From Eledone cirrhosa (lineage: Eukaryota), in assembly GCA_964016885.1 (NCBI GenBank), contig OZ024743.1, forward strand, positions 254,820,001 to 254,884,000: a stretch of 64,000 nucleotides of DNA, given 5' to 3'. Numbering within the stretch: the stretch's first letter is position 1; every line of letters begins with the position of its first letter. The position numbers and the translations under genes were made by a program. The notes under the pieces are model-generated. The model had not been told where the DNA came from and ran no database searches. It saw only the letters and a program-made list of their open reading frames with translations. Positions 26,005-39,266 of this stretch are shown here, piece by piece.

Positions 26005-26400
26005 CTCTCCTAGATGGGTTACCTTCACTATGTCTTACAGAGTCTATGTCAGCACCATACAGACTTATTTTAATGGGAATTACTGCCCTCCTGGGTGTGT
26101 TGCTTTCAGTACAGCTTATAGAGTCTGTATCTGCCCCATGCAGCATTTTTGATCAAAGCCATTGTCCTCCTAGAAATGTCACCTTCACTTCAGCTTACAG
26201 AATCCTCCTCTGTCCCAGCCACTTCATTTTATTTAAATCAGAGTCACGAGACAAGCTACCTTCATTATGGCTATGGGCTCTGCATTTGTCTCAAGGGGTC
26301 GTTTATCATTGATGTTACTCCCACCCTTCTTGGTCTTCCTTCTCAATGACTTACAAAGTTCAACATCTGCCCTGGACAATCTGAATCTTATTTTGCTGGG
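26005..26400. repeat. Degenerate tandem repeat, about 80 bp unit
   Basis: ctcct.g...g.t.c.ttca.t....ctta.agagtc...tc.gc.cca recurs at about 26006, 26088 and 26167, with weaker copies downstream. Confidence 0.55.
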
Positions 26401-28869
26401 AGTGACTGCCATGCTAAATATTCATCTACACTGAGCAGCAATAGACTGCAGAGTAGTAAATCGCCATTGGTGATGTAAGAGGGTAAGTGTGAAATGCAAC
26501 ACGGTCAATTTAATCAACTTTCCTTCAAATTTCTGGCCTTGTTTCAAATGTATAAACAATTGGTATTAGTAATATTATTATTAGTAGTAATATAATTATT
26601 ATTAATGGGGTCGATAAAATAAAGTACCAGCATTGCACTGGGATAATTGCTGGCCTTGTGCGAAAAGTAGAAGCAATTATTATTATCAGTAATAATTATA
26701 TTATATCCAAAGTTGTGTTTTTTCAAGAAAATGACGATATTAACTGTAAAGGGTGAAAAAAATATACAAGGAGACTTAAAGTCGAAACAAAATAAACAAC
26801 AAATAAACAAAAAAAAAAAACAATACAAAATAACACAACTCCAAAATCTCTCTCTGTAGAAAATGGTTTTAGGCCAAAATGCTGCAGGCATCCATTTTAC
26901 AGTAATTCTCCCTGTGATCATGTTCTCCACACCAATGCATTCCATACATGTTCATGTTGTTGTATTGGCTGTTCTTGTTGTATTAGTTGTTGTTGATGTT
27001 GTCATTGTTATTGTTGTTGTCATCATCACTGTTGTTGTCACTGTTATTGTTGTTGTTGTTGTCATCGTTATTGTCATCATTTTCTTTCTTGTTGTTGTCA
27101 TGTCACTCTTGTTCATGCTACGGTCGATCATGATTTTGGTTATATTCTTGTTGTTTTTGTACAACAACAACAACTCTTTTATGTCAATTCCTCCCCTCGT
27201 AATTGTGAATAAATTGCCACTTAAACCTATCCTTTCACAAATATATGGACATTCATTTCTTACTTTTCTATGGGAAAATATCCCATTGATATTCCACTTT
27301 AATAGGAACTTGGGTGAAAATTGTTCACAAAACTTATATTAAATCATTAAATTACCCACATGTATATGTACTTTCAGCAGATGACATTCTATAAAACAGA
27401 TAGATATTATATGTTCCTGATATTACCATATTATTTTTCTCTCTTCTTTTTCTTGAATAATGTCTTGAAAGTCGAAATTTCTTGCAACAATTTCTTTTAA
27501 AAAATGATAATGGGGTAGGAATTCTTTCCAATTTCCTGCAATTTTTTTTTTGTTTTTTATTGTTATTTTCTTTTTCTTTTTCTTTTCCTTATTTTCTTAT
27601 TTTTCTTCTTCTTCTTCTCTGGCTCTTTTCAAGTAGATTTTGGCTTTAAATGGATCATTATTATTATTATTATTAATAATAATAATAAGAAGAAGCAGGG
27701 TGAGAATAATGATGATGGTGACAGTGATGAGAGCAATAACAATAACAGGAACTATGTTAATAGTTCCATTGTGGAACAGTCATTTACGCCATTTAAGAAC
27801 ATGGGGAAAAGCTGTTACATTTATTTTCCATTTACCTCTTAATAGTGAAAGTTTATTTATGAAGTGTCAGAAAGTTTTGTTGCACTTCCTGCAACTTGGT
27901 CACTGACACAGATCCACTGCCTCTCCACAATCAGGTCACAGAAGTGCATTAAAATATTTTGATATCACACAATTCACTTGTATGCAAAGGCACATGTTCT
28001 GATGGACTCACTTTCATAAGATCTCCATCTCGGTTCATGCCTTGTATCTTGATCAAGGCACTTAACCTTTCTCCTATTCATTCACATGAAAATAAGCACT
28101 TGATATTTGTGAAAGAGTGGATATGTTGGTACAATCTCCATTGTAAAGTATTCATACTTTCCCGTTCCAAACTAAACCATCTGAATCTGCTCCTGGTTAT
28201 ATGTTATTAAATTGTTTGTTTCAAAGTGTTTAAATTTATCGAAAATCTTGCATAATAATTTTATGAAAGAAATACTATTAAGTTATGTTGAAACACCAGC
28301 TTAATAATGAGAAATTGAGTTATATTACTAAATCCTTCCAAACTCTTGAGGATTTTCAAAAAAAAAATTGAAAATCAGAGGTATATTATTTCAGTAGAAA
28401 TCTGGTGAGAAAAGGTTTAATATAGAAAGCATTCTATGTTGATGTAGCATATGGTTGTGTTGTAAATGAAGACACCTACATAATACACCATCATATTTGA
28501 AGGCATAGACAATAAAGCAGACAATTTATGGGGTTATGTCAGCTGTATATCAGAAGCAGTTTGGGATTACATGTATGTGATAAGATTGGGGAGTTATTGT
28601 TTGTTATATGTGATATGAAATTGGGTGTGTTGCTGTAAGTTAGTTTGACAGTATTTCTATTAAACATTTCATGATATTTATGGCAAATTAAGCTTGAATA
28701 GGGCCCTTGTGTCAAAATGATTGTAATTTACTTGTGAAAGGTTGGTATGTGTTGGCTGTTATTTGCTACCAACACAGTGGTAATTTTCCTTCCCTGCATA
28801 TCATGAAAATTATTTAAGTATAATACATTGCTAATGGTAACAAAAAGAACCATTTAAATAATGTGAAAA

Positions 28870-29530
28870 CTTGGTGTGCTCTTCCGAAGCTAAAGGTAGA
28901 GGAATTGCTTGTAAAGATAGTACAAGCTATGTACAAAGGTGCAGTCAGTAAGGTTAGTCAACAATGGTTACAGGGATAAATTTAGTGTGTATGTGGGAGT
29001 AAACAAGATCTTTGTCCTCAGCCACCACCTATTTATTATTGTCCTTCAGGCTATACCAGAGGATTTGAAAACTAACTACCCCTGATAATTCATAATATGC
29101 CAATGATCTAATCTTCATAGTCAAAACATTGTCAGAAATAGAGAAGAAATTCCAGACATCAAAGCAAAGCAGAAAAGAAATGTACAGAATGTAAGCTATG
29201 GGAACACGAAAGATGTTGTGGGATCACAGGCAGGCTAGCAAAGAATGTAGGCTTTTTATGTGGTTGACGCACAGGAGCAGTAAGTACCAGAGCTCAGAGG
29301 AAGCAAGCCCTATAAAATGCTCCCCAGAATTATTCAACAACTTCTGCTTCCTGGAGGGCCAGATTAGCAGTAAAGTTGGGTGTTCCGAAAGGACAGTAGC
29401 CAGAATGAGGATCAGTTGGAAAATTTTAGGGAGCTACTACTACAGCTGTTTACAAAGGCTCTCTTCTTCAGAATGAAAGCAGATTGTATAGTGTGTGCAT
29501 GTAAATAGCAATGCTGTATGGTAGTGATCT
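28870..29530 (+). mobile_element. Decayed RTE (PHD family) RT fragment
   Basis: Homologous to 60780-61590 (LRKL.VEE.LV..VQAMYK, LSP.LFIIVLQAI, GCSERTVARMRISWK). Confidence 0.7.
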
Positions 29531-29699
29531 TGTGTATGGAAGAATGATGATAATGGTAAAAATGTGGGGAGCTAGCACACAAACAGGCACATGCATTAGT
29601 ATATAAATATATGAGATCCAAATAGTAATGCATATATGCACATACCAATATACACACATAAATCTAAATATGTATACAAAGATCAAAGTTAAGGTTATA

Positions 29700-30200
29700 A
29701 ATGGAGTATGGAGTTACCATGGGAAGAATCGTACAAACCCAAAATAGAATTAATAGCTATTCTGGAGATATGACTGATAACATAAATAATAAGGTAAAAG
29801 CAGCATCTGATAAATCCTGGATAGAATTCCAGCAAAATAATATTCCTAAAAGAACTAGAAAGAAATCATACCTGTGGTATAACCCTCCACATAATACTGA
29901 TATTAAATCTAAAACCCCTTCCATATTCTTTAATATAATAGATAGAAAAGGCAGTGACACTTTTTGACATCACACCACTATCATGACTACCATCATTATG
30001 TTCCAGCTAGATCCTGTCAAAAAAATCTCCATACAGTTGAAATACACTAATCTCTGATATCCAAATAACTAAATGGGAGCAGACGGGTATGCATGAGTCA
30101 TGAACTGAATGTGGCTTAACCCCCTTAGATTGTGAGAAGTTAAGGGCTGAAACATTTGCATGAGATGGGGTTTCTTCTCTGAAGAACTTCTGCTGTCAAG
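29700..30200 (+). mobile_element. PLE remnant (linker region) with a degraded hammerhead downstream
   Basis: RTRKKSYLWYNPPHN matches RRIIWYNPPY/RRVTWYNAPF. 30098-30163 reads ucaugaa-CUGAAUGU-GGCUUAAC...GUUAAGGGCU-GAAACAUUUGCAUGA. Confidence 0.55.
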
Positions 30201-30534
30201 ATCTCTTGAGACTTTCTTACCACTTCATATATACATGTACATATATATATGTATGTATATGCAACATGTCTTTACAAACGTCACACCTTCACATGTGCAT
30301 GGGTTGTAGCTTATATCTTTTATGCACTGCCTTCAACATTCCATTCCTTAAACACCACATCTTAACACATCATCATCTATCCACAACCCTCCACCTTCCA
30401 TGCACCTCCCACCTCATTACACTCAACCCATGTCCTAACACCCCACCGTTCATCCACATCACTACACTCCCACGCTTCTCCAAATAAGTACCCCACTCTA
30501 GATCTACCTCAACAATCCCCACATACCTCATCCA

Positions 30535-30745
30535 CACCAGTCCACATTGTAAAGTGGTCGTATATGTCATGACATTAAATGCACAGACCACAACGTAAAG
30601 TGGTTGTGTAGGTGTCATGATAAAAAATACCCCATACAAACTGTAAAGTGGTCATATAGGTGTCACAATAAAAACCACCCAGACCACACTGTAAAGTGAC
30701 CATGTAGGGGTCTCAATAAAAAACACCCAGTTGATACACTAAATG
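30535..30745. repeat. Tandem repeats of about 47 bp related to the RTE/SINE 3' UTR
   Basis: cag.ccaca.tgtaaagtggt..t.taggtgtca..ataaaaa occurs about four times. Related units lie at 62130-62340 and (minus) 21790-21990. Confidence 0.7.
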
Positions 30746-31004
30746 TGGAAATTTAGACAGAAACAGTTCTGTATGAGCAAGACAGTCATCTGATCAGGCT
30801 TGTCTCACAGTGGGACAACTCATTTAACATATGCTAGTGTAGAAAAATGGGCATTAAATCGTGATGATTATATATACGTATATACATATATATATACACA
30901 TGTATATATATACATACATAAAGAAAAGAAATCGAAATTGCTACTGTAGTCTTTTTATGAATATTTATTTGTTTCCTTTACTCATTTTCTTATATATATA
31001 TATC

Positions 31005-31411
31005 ATCATCATCATCATCATTTTACGTCCGCTTTTCCCTGCTTGCAAGGGTTGGACGGGTCCTATTCAGCACAGCATCTTTCCAGTTGTCACGGTCCTT
31101 CGTTATCTCCGTGAGCTTCAGCGATCTGAGGTCCGCTCTCACCACCTCCGCCCATGTTTTTTGTGGTCTTCCTCTACTGTGTATTCCTTCTACTGGGATT
31201 TCTTGGCACTTCTTTACCCAGCGATCATCCTCCATGCGCATCACATGTCCATACCATCTCAGCCTTCTCTCCTGCACACCACAACTTATCTCTCTTATAC
31301 CCAGTTTCTTTCTCAACTCGTCTATGCTTGGTCGTTCACGCACATTGACATTGCACAACCAACGGTGCATACTTGCTTCATTTCTCTCCAGCCGTTGCAT
31401 ATCCTCTGCAG
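31005..31411 (-). mobile_element. RTE LINE 3' end
   Basis: MQRLERNEASMHRWLCN...RRLRWYGHVMRM...GRPQKTW followed by a (GAT)n tail. Confidence 0.9.
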
Positions 31412-31963
31412 TTTATATATGTATATAAACAATAGCAGTAGGTAAATTTCCCACGTTGGGGTTGATGGTCAGTATATTATCCGGCCATAAACGGGTAGCC
31501 AGTACGAAAACACTAAAATTCTTCTGCCCACCAAAGCTAGCATTAAATAAATTTTGGTTGGTTTGAACTTTCACTGACCATATCAAGTTGTCAGCCGAGG
31601 TGGTGGAGGACTGGTAGCTAGAGAGAACAAATAAGGTTGGTGGTATTCTTGGTTGTAGTTGAATGGTCACCCACACTCCCGTGACTATGCAGGGCTGTCG
31701 GGATGTTCTGAAAGTTAGAAGAGAGCGGATACGTAAAGCAAACACATACACTTTTTTAGTTGGTTTCCTTACACCCAAAATTGCCTCAGAAATGTTACAT
31801 TTTAATCAATTTTTGCTGTCTGAAGAAATCATGAAATCTATCGTCATTGAAATATGTATAACGGCTCAATTAGTAAAGGACCCTAACATCTTCAACTTCA
31901 CATTTTCCTCTTTATTATATATTTTATACCTACATACATGTGTGTGTATATATATATATATAT

Positions 31964-31964
<1 letters not shown>

Positions 31965-31996
<32 letters not shown>

Positions 31997-33232
31997 GTTT
32001 AACGTCTAGCTTCCACGCCTGCATGGGTTTCGATGGGAATTTTCCCACTTGAGGCAAGATTGGTTGTCTTGCTTGTATAGGACTGTCTGGTGGGTTTATA
32101 GTGTAGACTATCTGGCGGGTTTACAGTGTAGACTGGGAGGTTTTTACCGTGTTACCTACACGGCCACATTACAGCGTGGACTGTGTGTTTTTTTGTTGTG
32201 ACACCTACACAACCTCATTTATTTAGGACTGGATGTTGTGGTACCAACATAACTTTACATCGAAAGGGGTGGTGTGGATGGGGTGGGGGTGGTGGGACGA
32301 GGGGGTGTTTTTGTTAGAGGTGCCTACTGATTGTAGGTTTCGCTTTGTACTTATGCAAGGCGTGTCTTCTGTATTACTGAGCAGCGCCAAAGATCTCGGT
32401 CCAGCGACATGTCTTGGAGAGGTGTAAGTGTGTGAGGTCGGAATTTATCAGCTCGTCCCAGGTTTTTCTGGGTCTGCCTACTCCGTGGCTACCGTCTATT
32501 TTTATCGCCCTGCACTTTTTTTTATACTGCTGTCGTCTTTCATGCACATCACGTGACAATACCAACGTAGTCTTCTCTCGAGTAAACAACATCTGATTCC
32601 TCTTATTCCTAATTTCTCCCTTAGTTCATTTATGCTTTGCCGTTCACGTATATTACTATTACACATCGAACGGAGCATGCAAGCTTCGTTCCTCTCCAGT
32701 CTGCGTATATCCTCTGCACACAATGCCCAAGTCTCACTGCCATGTAACATTGCTGTTTGTATGCAGGCATCATACAGCCTGCCTTTCAATTTTAGAGAGA
32801 ACACTTTAGCGGCCAATAGTGGTATAAGCTCTCTGAACTTTTTCCATCCCGTTCTAACTCTAGCTACTGTACTTTCAGAGCACCCTCCAACACTGCTGAT
32901 TTTGTCACCCTGGTAACGGAAGGTGTCCACTATTTCTATAGAACCATCTGTGCAATGGAATGAGCTAGTATTCTGAGGGCACTTGCTGCTACTTATTGCA
33001 CCTGAGCATCGGCCACATATAAAATCTATATTCTTAGTTAGCTTACCTGTGATCCCACTACATGCACACTTATTTTGCATTTGGGACATAAAATGGAGTT
33101 TCTGCCTACTCCTTTCCTACACACTGAGCATGGCCATTTCCCGGATGGGACCGGTGCCCTATTTTCCTTCCTACAAACTAGAACTTTAGTCTTAGACAGG
33201 CCTTTTGATTCTAGGCCATGCTTCGATGTTTG

Positions 33233-33235
<3 letters not shown>
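31965..33235 (-). mobile_element. 5'-truncated RTE LINE (PHD family)
   Basis: Close copy of 61060-62465: WPCSVCRKGVGRNSILCPKC, FRYQGDKI, MLHGSETW, 3'UTR and (GAT)n tail. Confidence 0.9.
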
Positions 33236-33287
<52 letters not shown>

Positions 33288-33514
33288 CATACATACATTT
33301 ATATATAGATATACATATACATACATACATGTATATATAGATATACATATATATATATACATGTATATATAGATATATATATATACATGTATATATATAT
33401 GCATATATATATATATACATACATGTATATATAGATATACATATATATACATGTATATATATTTGCATATATATATATATACATATATGTATATATAAAT
33501 ATACATATATTTAC

Positions 33515-33550
<36 letters not shown>

Positions 33551-33560
<10 letters not shown>

Positions 33561-33672
33561 AAACGAAAAATCAGTGAAAAATCAGACAGATCCACACAAT
33601 TATCGCGTCTCGAGCTACACGCCGAATAAATTGAGTTCAGATGCATCACTGATTTTTCGTTTTATATTATAT
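33551..33672. repeat. 27-bp perfect inverted repeat around a 68-bp core
   Basis: atataatataaaacgaaaaatcagtga ... tcactgatttttcgttttatattatat. Confidence 0.75.
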
Positions 33673-33761
33673 CACACTCTGCTCTGTAAGAACATAGAGT
33701 GTTCAACCGGCATACCACCTATGGAAGCATCATAGCTACCATCAGACACACACTCACACAC

Positions 33762-33809
<48 letters not shown>

Positions 33810-34951
33810 GCATATATATATATACATAAATGTATACATGTATATATAAGCATATATTTGCATCTATATATATATATATGTATATTTATATGTATTTACA
33901 TATTGATACTCACACATCTTTTTTTTTGTTTGTTTCACATCACATATTGTTGCCCTATGCTAGAACACTTGAAGTAGAAGACATTACATTTAAAGTGGCA
34001 AGTTTCCCTGAGAAAATGTTTTTGAAATGAAACCAAAAAGATTTTAAGATACTTAAGTCAAAGACACAAGAAAACAGCAGAAATATAATGATTTGAATGA
34101 AAAACTATATTACATATATTTATAAAAAACAAACTGAAAATTAAATAATGAAATTAGATATAAGATTGAATAAAAATGACATAGCAAATATATATATATA
34201 CAAACACACACATACATACATGTACATATATATATACATTTATATATACATATGCATGTATAAATATATATATACATTATATATGCATGTATGTATACAT
34301 ATGCATATATATATAAACTGATAGAGGGTAGGAAGGACTCTTCAATCCAGTATGATATCTTTAGTGCAGTTGGCATGAATAATGCACTTCGTCCCTGCTG
34401 TAACGTTGTTTGGTGATAGGAATGGCATCTGGCTAGTGAAGTCTCTCCAAAGTACAATACATGACTCTCACACAATTTCCATATACAGACTAACCCCATT
34501 CATGTTAGTGTTGTGCACGATAGTGGGATGGCTAAGTTAGCCATGTGCTAGGACACTTCGACCGTCATCAAGCAATCATACAACTTTCTAAAATGAACAT
34601 AAGTGCTGACAAAACAATGGAAAAACTTAGAAAATATCTAATTTTATTAAACTTGAATTAAAATAAAATATTAATGAGTAGAGTGAATGTGAACACTTAA
34701 AAAAAAAGGAAATATGTGATTTTCGAAATGAAACCTACTTGAATGTATTTCTAATATGTCACTTGATTTAACCTTGTGTGTATGTGTGTATGTGAATGTG
34801 TGTGGATATGTGTATGCATATGCAGTCTTATCCGAGGAAATGCAACATGATGTTGATGATGTATATGCATATATACATATATATATGTTTGCGTGTGGGT
34901 GTATATATATATATGTGTGTGTGTGTATTTATCTATATCTATCTATATATA

Positions 34952-35432
34952 TACATATAACAAAGGAAGTGTGGTAAGGAACCAGATAGACTATAAAGCA
35001 CCAGAGTACTCGATACTTAGGGTAGTAGAGTGTCCAGAATTAGCCGTTGAAATGGCCTGAGCTCTGCCATCGGGGTCTTGAACATTTTCCTATATATACA
35101 TATATATATATATAGGCACATGGCTTAGTGGTTAGAGCATTGGCTTTGCAATCGAAAGGTTGTGAGTTCAATTCTCAGACCGGGTGATGTGTTGTTTCCT
35201 TGAGCAAGACACTTTATTTCACGTTGCTCCAGTTTACTCAGCTATAGAAATGAGATTATAGGGACTGGGATCCCTATCATTCGTGGAGGTGCCACGGCAA
35301 AAAAGCACCCAGCACTCCCTGTAAATGAGGTTGGTGTTAGGAAGGGCATCCAGCTGTAGAAATCAAGCCAGAATCAGTTCCCGTCCCACCCTTGCAAGCA
35401 GGGAAAAGTGGACGTAAAATGAAATGAAATGA

Positions 35433-35466
<34 letters not shown>

Positions 35467-35608
35467 GTATATAGGAAAAAAGTCAGGACCCCGACGGCTG
35501 AGCTCCGGCTGTTTTGACAGCCCGATCTGAACTCTACTACCCTAAGTATCGAGTACTCTGGTGCATTATGGTCCACCTAGTTCCTTACCACACTTCCTTC
35601 GTTATATA
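34952..35608. mobile_element. Palindromic element with about 140-bp inverted arms (34952-35095 and 35470-35608) enclosing (TA)n and a SINE
   Basis: ggaagtgtggtaaggaa...caccagagtactcgatacttagggtagtagagt...gagctc.gcc.tcggggtc.tga...ttttcctata and its reverse complement. Confidence 0.7.
35115..35435 (+). mobile_element. tRNA-derived SINE family A with RTE-derived 3' tail
   Basis: A-box tggcttagtgg, B-box gagttcaattc and central ccttgagcaagacactt. The tail acccttgcaagcagggaaaagtggacgtaaaatga matches the RTE end at 31020-31052. Confidence 0.85.
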
Positions 35609-35645
35609 TGTTTATTATGTATATATATATATTATTATTATTATT

Positions 35646-38600
35646 GTCAGGTCACACTTGAGTGCTACTGGTAACATGTAAACCAATACAACCTCTCGCA
35701 TGGTCGGGTCGTCGGCGACTAAACTGGCAATCCCACCAAGTTCACTTGGTGAGGAGGGGCATGTACCTCTGTAGGGGGGGGGGGGGCTAGCCATGCCCTT
35801 TTCAGACAGCTCGCCCTGCATTGGGTCCCACCTGCATTGGGTCCCACACTCATCTTTAACCTGTGGCCCCAAGAAGCTGTAGCTTGTGACAGCGGCCACA
35901 TACTGGTAAACCGCCTTGGCTGGCGGGCCGAACCAGGTTGAGAGTAGCCAGACGGGTCTGAAACCCCCTTGTGAGTTAGATAGAGGATGCCTACCCCTGC
36001 ATACAAAGACTGGACTCAGTGGAGTGAGTGGAGGAGGACAACATCGTCCCAACGGTCACGAAGGTGGCAACAGGAAGCGGTGTGAAGTGCTAGCGCATGG
36101 CAAGGCAATACAGACGTCGTGGCCATCCACTGCAGCGAAGGAAGTCCCTGGTCGTGACAATCCTCGGATTCTGGCTTCTGCGACCAAGTGAGTGGGACCG
36201 TCACTGTGCACTGGCCCTCCCACTATAAATCTTTCCCGCACAGGTTTCTTCTTTAGCGTGCACTCCCAAAGCCCTGTGGCGATGGGCGAGAGGCGGAGGT
36301 AACCTCTGGGAGTTGCCAATCTCAAACCCACACGTGAGCAGCCTGGATCCGCAAATCATTCTCCTCCTGACCCTGGGATGACAGAGGAGATCAGGCATTC
36401 CACCGGGCTACTGAGCACCCCTTTTCAAGGGAGCACTACTCACCCTCGCACGAGGGGAGGGGCGATAAAAGGAGCCTTAACCAAATGCTTGTCCCACACA
36501 AAGCCCGCCAATCTACCGCGGCAGGCGGTTTTACCCTTGCAAGCGGTCGAAACCAACATAATAGAAAGAAGAACTTGATTCTTGGCGCATGGAATGTGCG
36601 CACCCTCATGGATAGCGAAACCTCCTTGATGCTAGAGAGAAGAACTGCTCTCATAGCAAGGGAATCAGCTCGCTACCGGATCAACATAGCCGCCCTCAGC
36701 GAGACTAGACTTGCCGAAGAAGTATCTGCAGCAGAACCGAAAGGAGGCTACACTTTCTTCTGGAAGGGCAATGTAAAGGACAACGATAGAATCCATGGGG
36801 TAGGCCTGGCCATCACGACTTCACTCTACAAGCAGCTACAAGACCTCTCAACACCTGTGAGTGAGTGGCTGATGAAGTTCCGCTTCCCTCTCGTCTCATC
36901 TCAGCACCTCCAGAGGCAGACCCAAGCAGCGCTACGCAGAATGCAGGACAAGTGGTGGGAAAAGAAGGCCGAAGAAGTCGAGAGATACACTGACACAAAG
37001 AACTCCAAGATGTTCTTCAGCCCGATCGGGGACGTCTACGGAGCCCCAAGTCTGTCACCATATCGCTGCTCTCTGCTGAAGGCTCGATCCTGCTGAAGGA
37101 AACGAGCAGCATCAACTCGAGGTGGAGAGAGCACTTCAGCAACCTGCTCAACAGGCCCTCCACTGTCGACCCTGCCGCCCTTGACCAGGTCCCACATAAG
37201 CCCGTATTTGTCAGCGTCGACCTCCCCGCCCCCACATTGGAGGAAGTCACGAAGGCAATCAACTAAACCAGCTCTGGAAAGGCCCCTGGGAAGGACGGGA
37301 TTCCTGCTGAGATTTTCAAGTCGGCCGGTCCAGCTGCCCTGGGGGCATTCCACACCCTCCTCGTCAGCATATGGGAGGAAGAAGAGGTGCCCAATGACTT
37401 CAAGGATGCCACAGTTGTCTTGCTTTTTAAGAACAAAGGCAGCAAAACAGACTGTGGCAACTATCGGGGCATTTCTCTTCTGTCCATCGCTGGGAAGGTC
37501 CTGGCTTGAGTCATGCTCAACTGCCTCATTGCCAACATCTCAGAGGACAACCTGCCTGAGGTCCAGTGTGGGTTCCGCCCAAACCGCAGCACGACCACAT
37601 GATCTTCTCTGTAAGCAAGGTTCAGGAGAAGTGTGTCGAGCAGAACATGGGCCTCTTAGCTGTCTTCATAGACTTGACGAAGGCATTCGACACAGTCAAC
37701 AGGGAAGCACTCTGGTCGATCCTGTCAAAGTTTGGATGCCCGACAAAGTTTGTGAACCTGATACGGCAATTCCATGACGACATGACCAGGCAGGTGCGCT
37801 CAGTCAGAGAGGCATCGGAGCCGTTCGGAATCACCAATGGCGTCAAGCAAGGATGCGTGCTGGCTCCCATCCTCTTCAACCTGTTCTTCTCCTGCATGCT
37901 TACCGTCAGTGACCTCGAGCATGGAGTGTATCTGCGATACAGACTGGACAGCTCCCTGTTTGAACTGCAGCGCCTAACGGCCAGGACAAGGACCATGCAG
38001 AGGATCGTCCTGGAGGCACTTTTTCCTGACGACTGTGCCCTCGTGGCCCACAGGGAGTCTGACCTCCAACTCATCGTCAACAAGTTCGCGGAGGCCTCCT
38101 GCCTCTTCAGTCTCACAATTAGCCTTGGCAAGACTGAAGTCCTGTTCCAGCCTGCACCTGCCTCCATCGCCCACCCTCCTTCCATCTCCATCGGAGGCAC
38201 CTAGCTAAAGACGGTGGACGACTTCAAGTACCTCGGCAGTGTCATCAGCAGCGATGGAAGCCTCGACAAGGAGATAAACGCCAGAATCTGCGAGGCCAGT
38301 CAAGCCCTCGGCCATCTGAGGACACGCGTCATGAACCAGCACAACATCAGGCAATCCACCAAGCTCAAGGTGTACAGGGCTGTTGTTCTCACCAGCCTCC
38401 TCTATGGATGTGAGACATGGTCCCTGTACAGAAGGCACCTGAAGCAACTGGAACAGTTCCACATGTGCAGCCTGCGGTCAATCATGAACATCAAATGGCA
38501 GGACAAGTTCTCCAACATCGAAGTTCTTGACATGGCTGAGACAACCAGTGTCGAAGCTATGATACTGAAGAGCCAACTTCATGGCTGTGACATCTCATGC

Positions 38601-39015
38601 GGATGGACGATCATAGGCTTCCGAAGCAACTGATGTATGGGGAACTCTGTTCGGGGAAATGAAAGCGGAGCAGGCCTCTCAAGAGGTTCAAAGACTGCAT
38701 GAAGTCCAGTATCAACAACAGTGGAATCGCCCCAAAACAACTCGAGTCTCATGCTTAGGACAGGACTGAGTGGCGAGCCCTTACCAGATGCGCCAAAGAC
38801 TCTTTTGAAGAAAAGAGACGGGCAGAGGTCACTGAGGCCCGTGAAAGGAGGAGAACGGCATCAACAGCTGCGCCAAGCGACTCCGGTCTCTTCCCCTGCC
38901 CCCACTCTCCCTGAACCTGCAAGTCAAGGATCGGCTTCCACACCCACCTTCGTGCCCATGGCAGACGGGAACTAAAATAAAGAAGATGTCATCATCGTTT
39001 ACGATGGACAACCAA
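35646..39015 (+). mobile_element. Full-span BovB-like RTE LINE, disrupted (deletion near 36900, stops and frameshifts)
   Basis: LGAWNVRTL, AALSETRL, GYTFFWKG (APE). FIDLTKAFDTV, GVKQGCVLAP, LFPDD, FKYLGS, LLYGCETW (RT). C-terminal C2H2-like FPCPHS...CKSRIGFHTHLRAH. Confidence 0.92.
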
Positions 39016-39072
39016 GATATATAGATATATATGTGTGTGTGTGTGTATATATGTGTATATTTATGTATATAC

Positions 39073-39105
<33 letters not shown>

Positions 39106-39266
39106 TGTATGTCGGTGCACAATGGGTTTTCATACATACACATTCATACAGGTTTGTTTCAACTGTTGAATGTATTTAATTTTTCATTTTGATACAATTA
39201 TTAACCTTGTTATTTTTTTCAATAAATATTTTCGATGTAAATAATCATTATTATTATTCTGTTCGT

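Noticed and set aside
26863-27342. Hydrophobic 159-aa ORF resembling a membrane protein
   Set aside because: It is the product of a (GTT/GTC)n trinucleotide repeat.
30535-30745. Regularly spaced repeats superficially like a CRISPR array
   Set aside because: The units are degenerate along their whole length with no unique spacers and no cas genes, and they match RTE/SINE 3'UTR repeats.
35115-35185. tRNA gene
   Set aside because: A and B boxes are present but there is no complete cloverleaf, and the sequence continues into a SINE body and LINE-derived tail.
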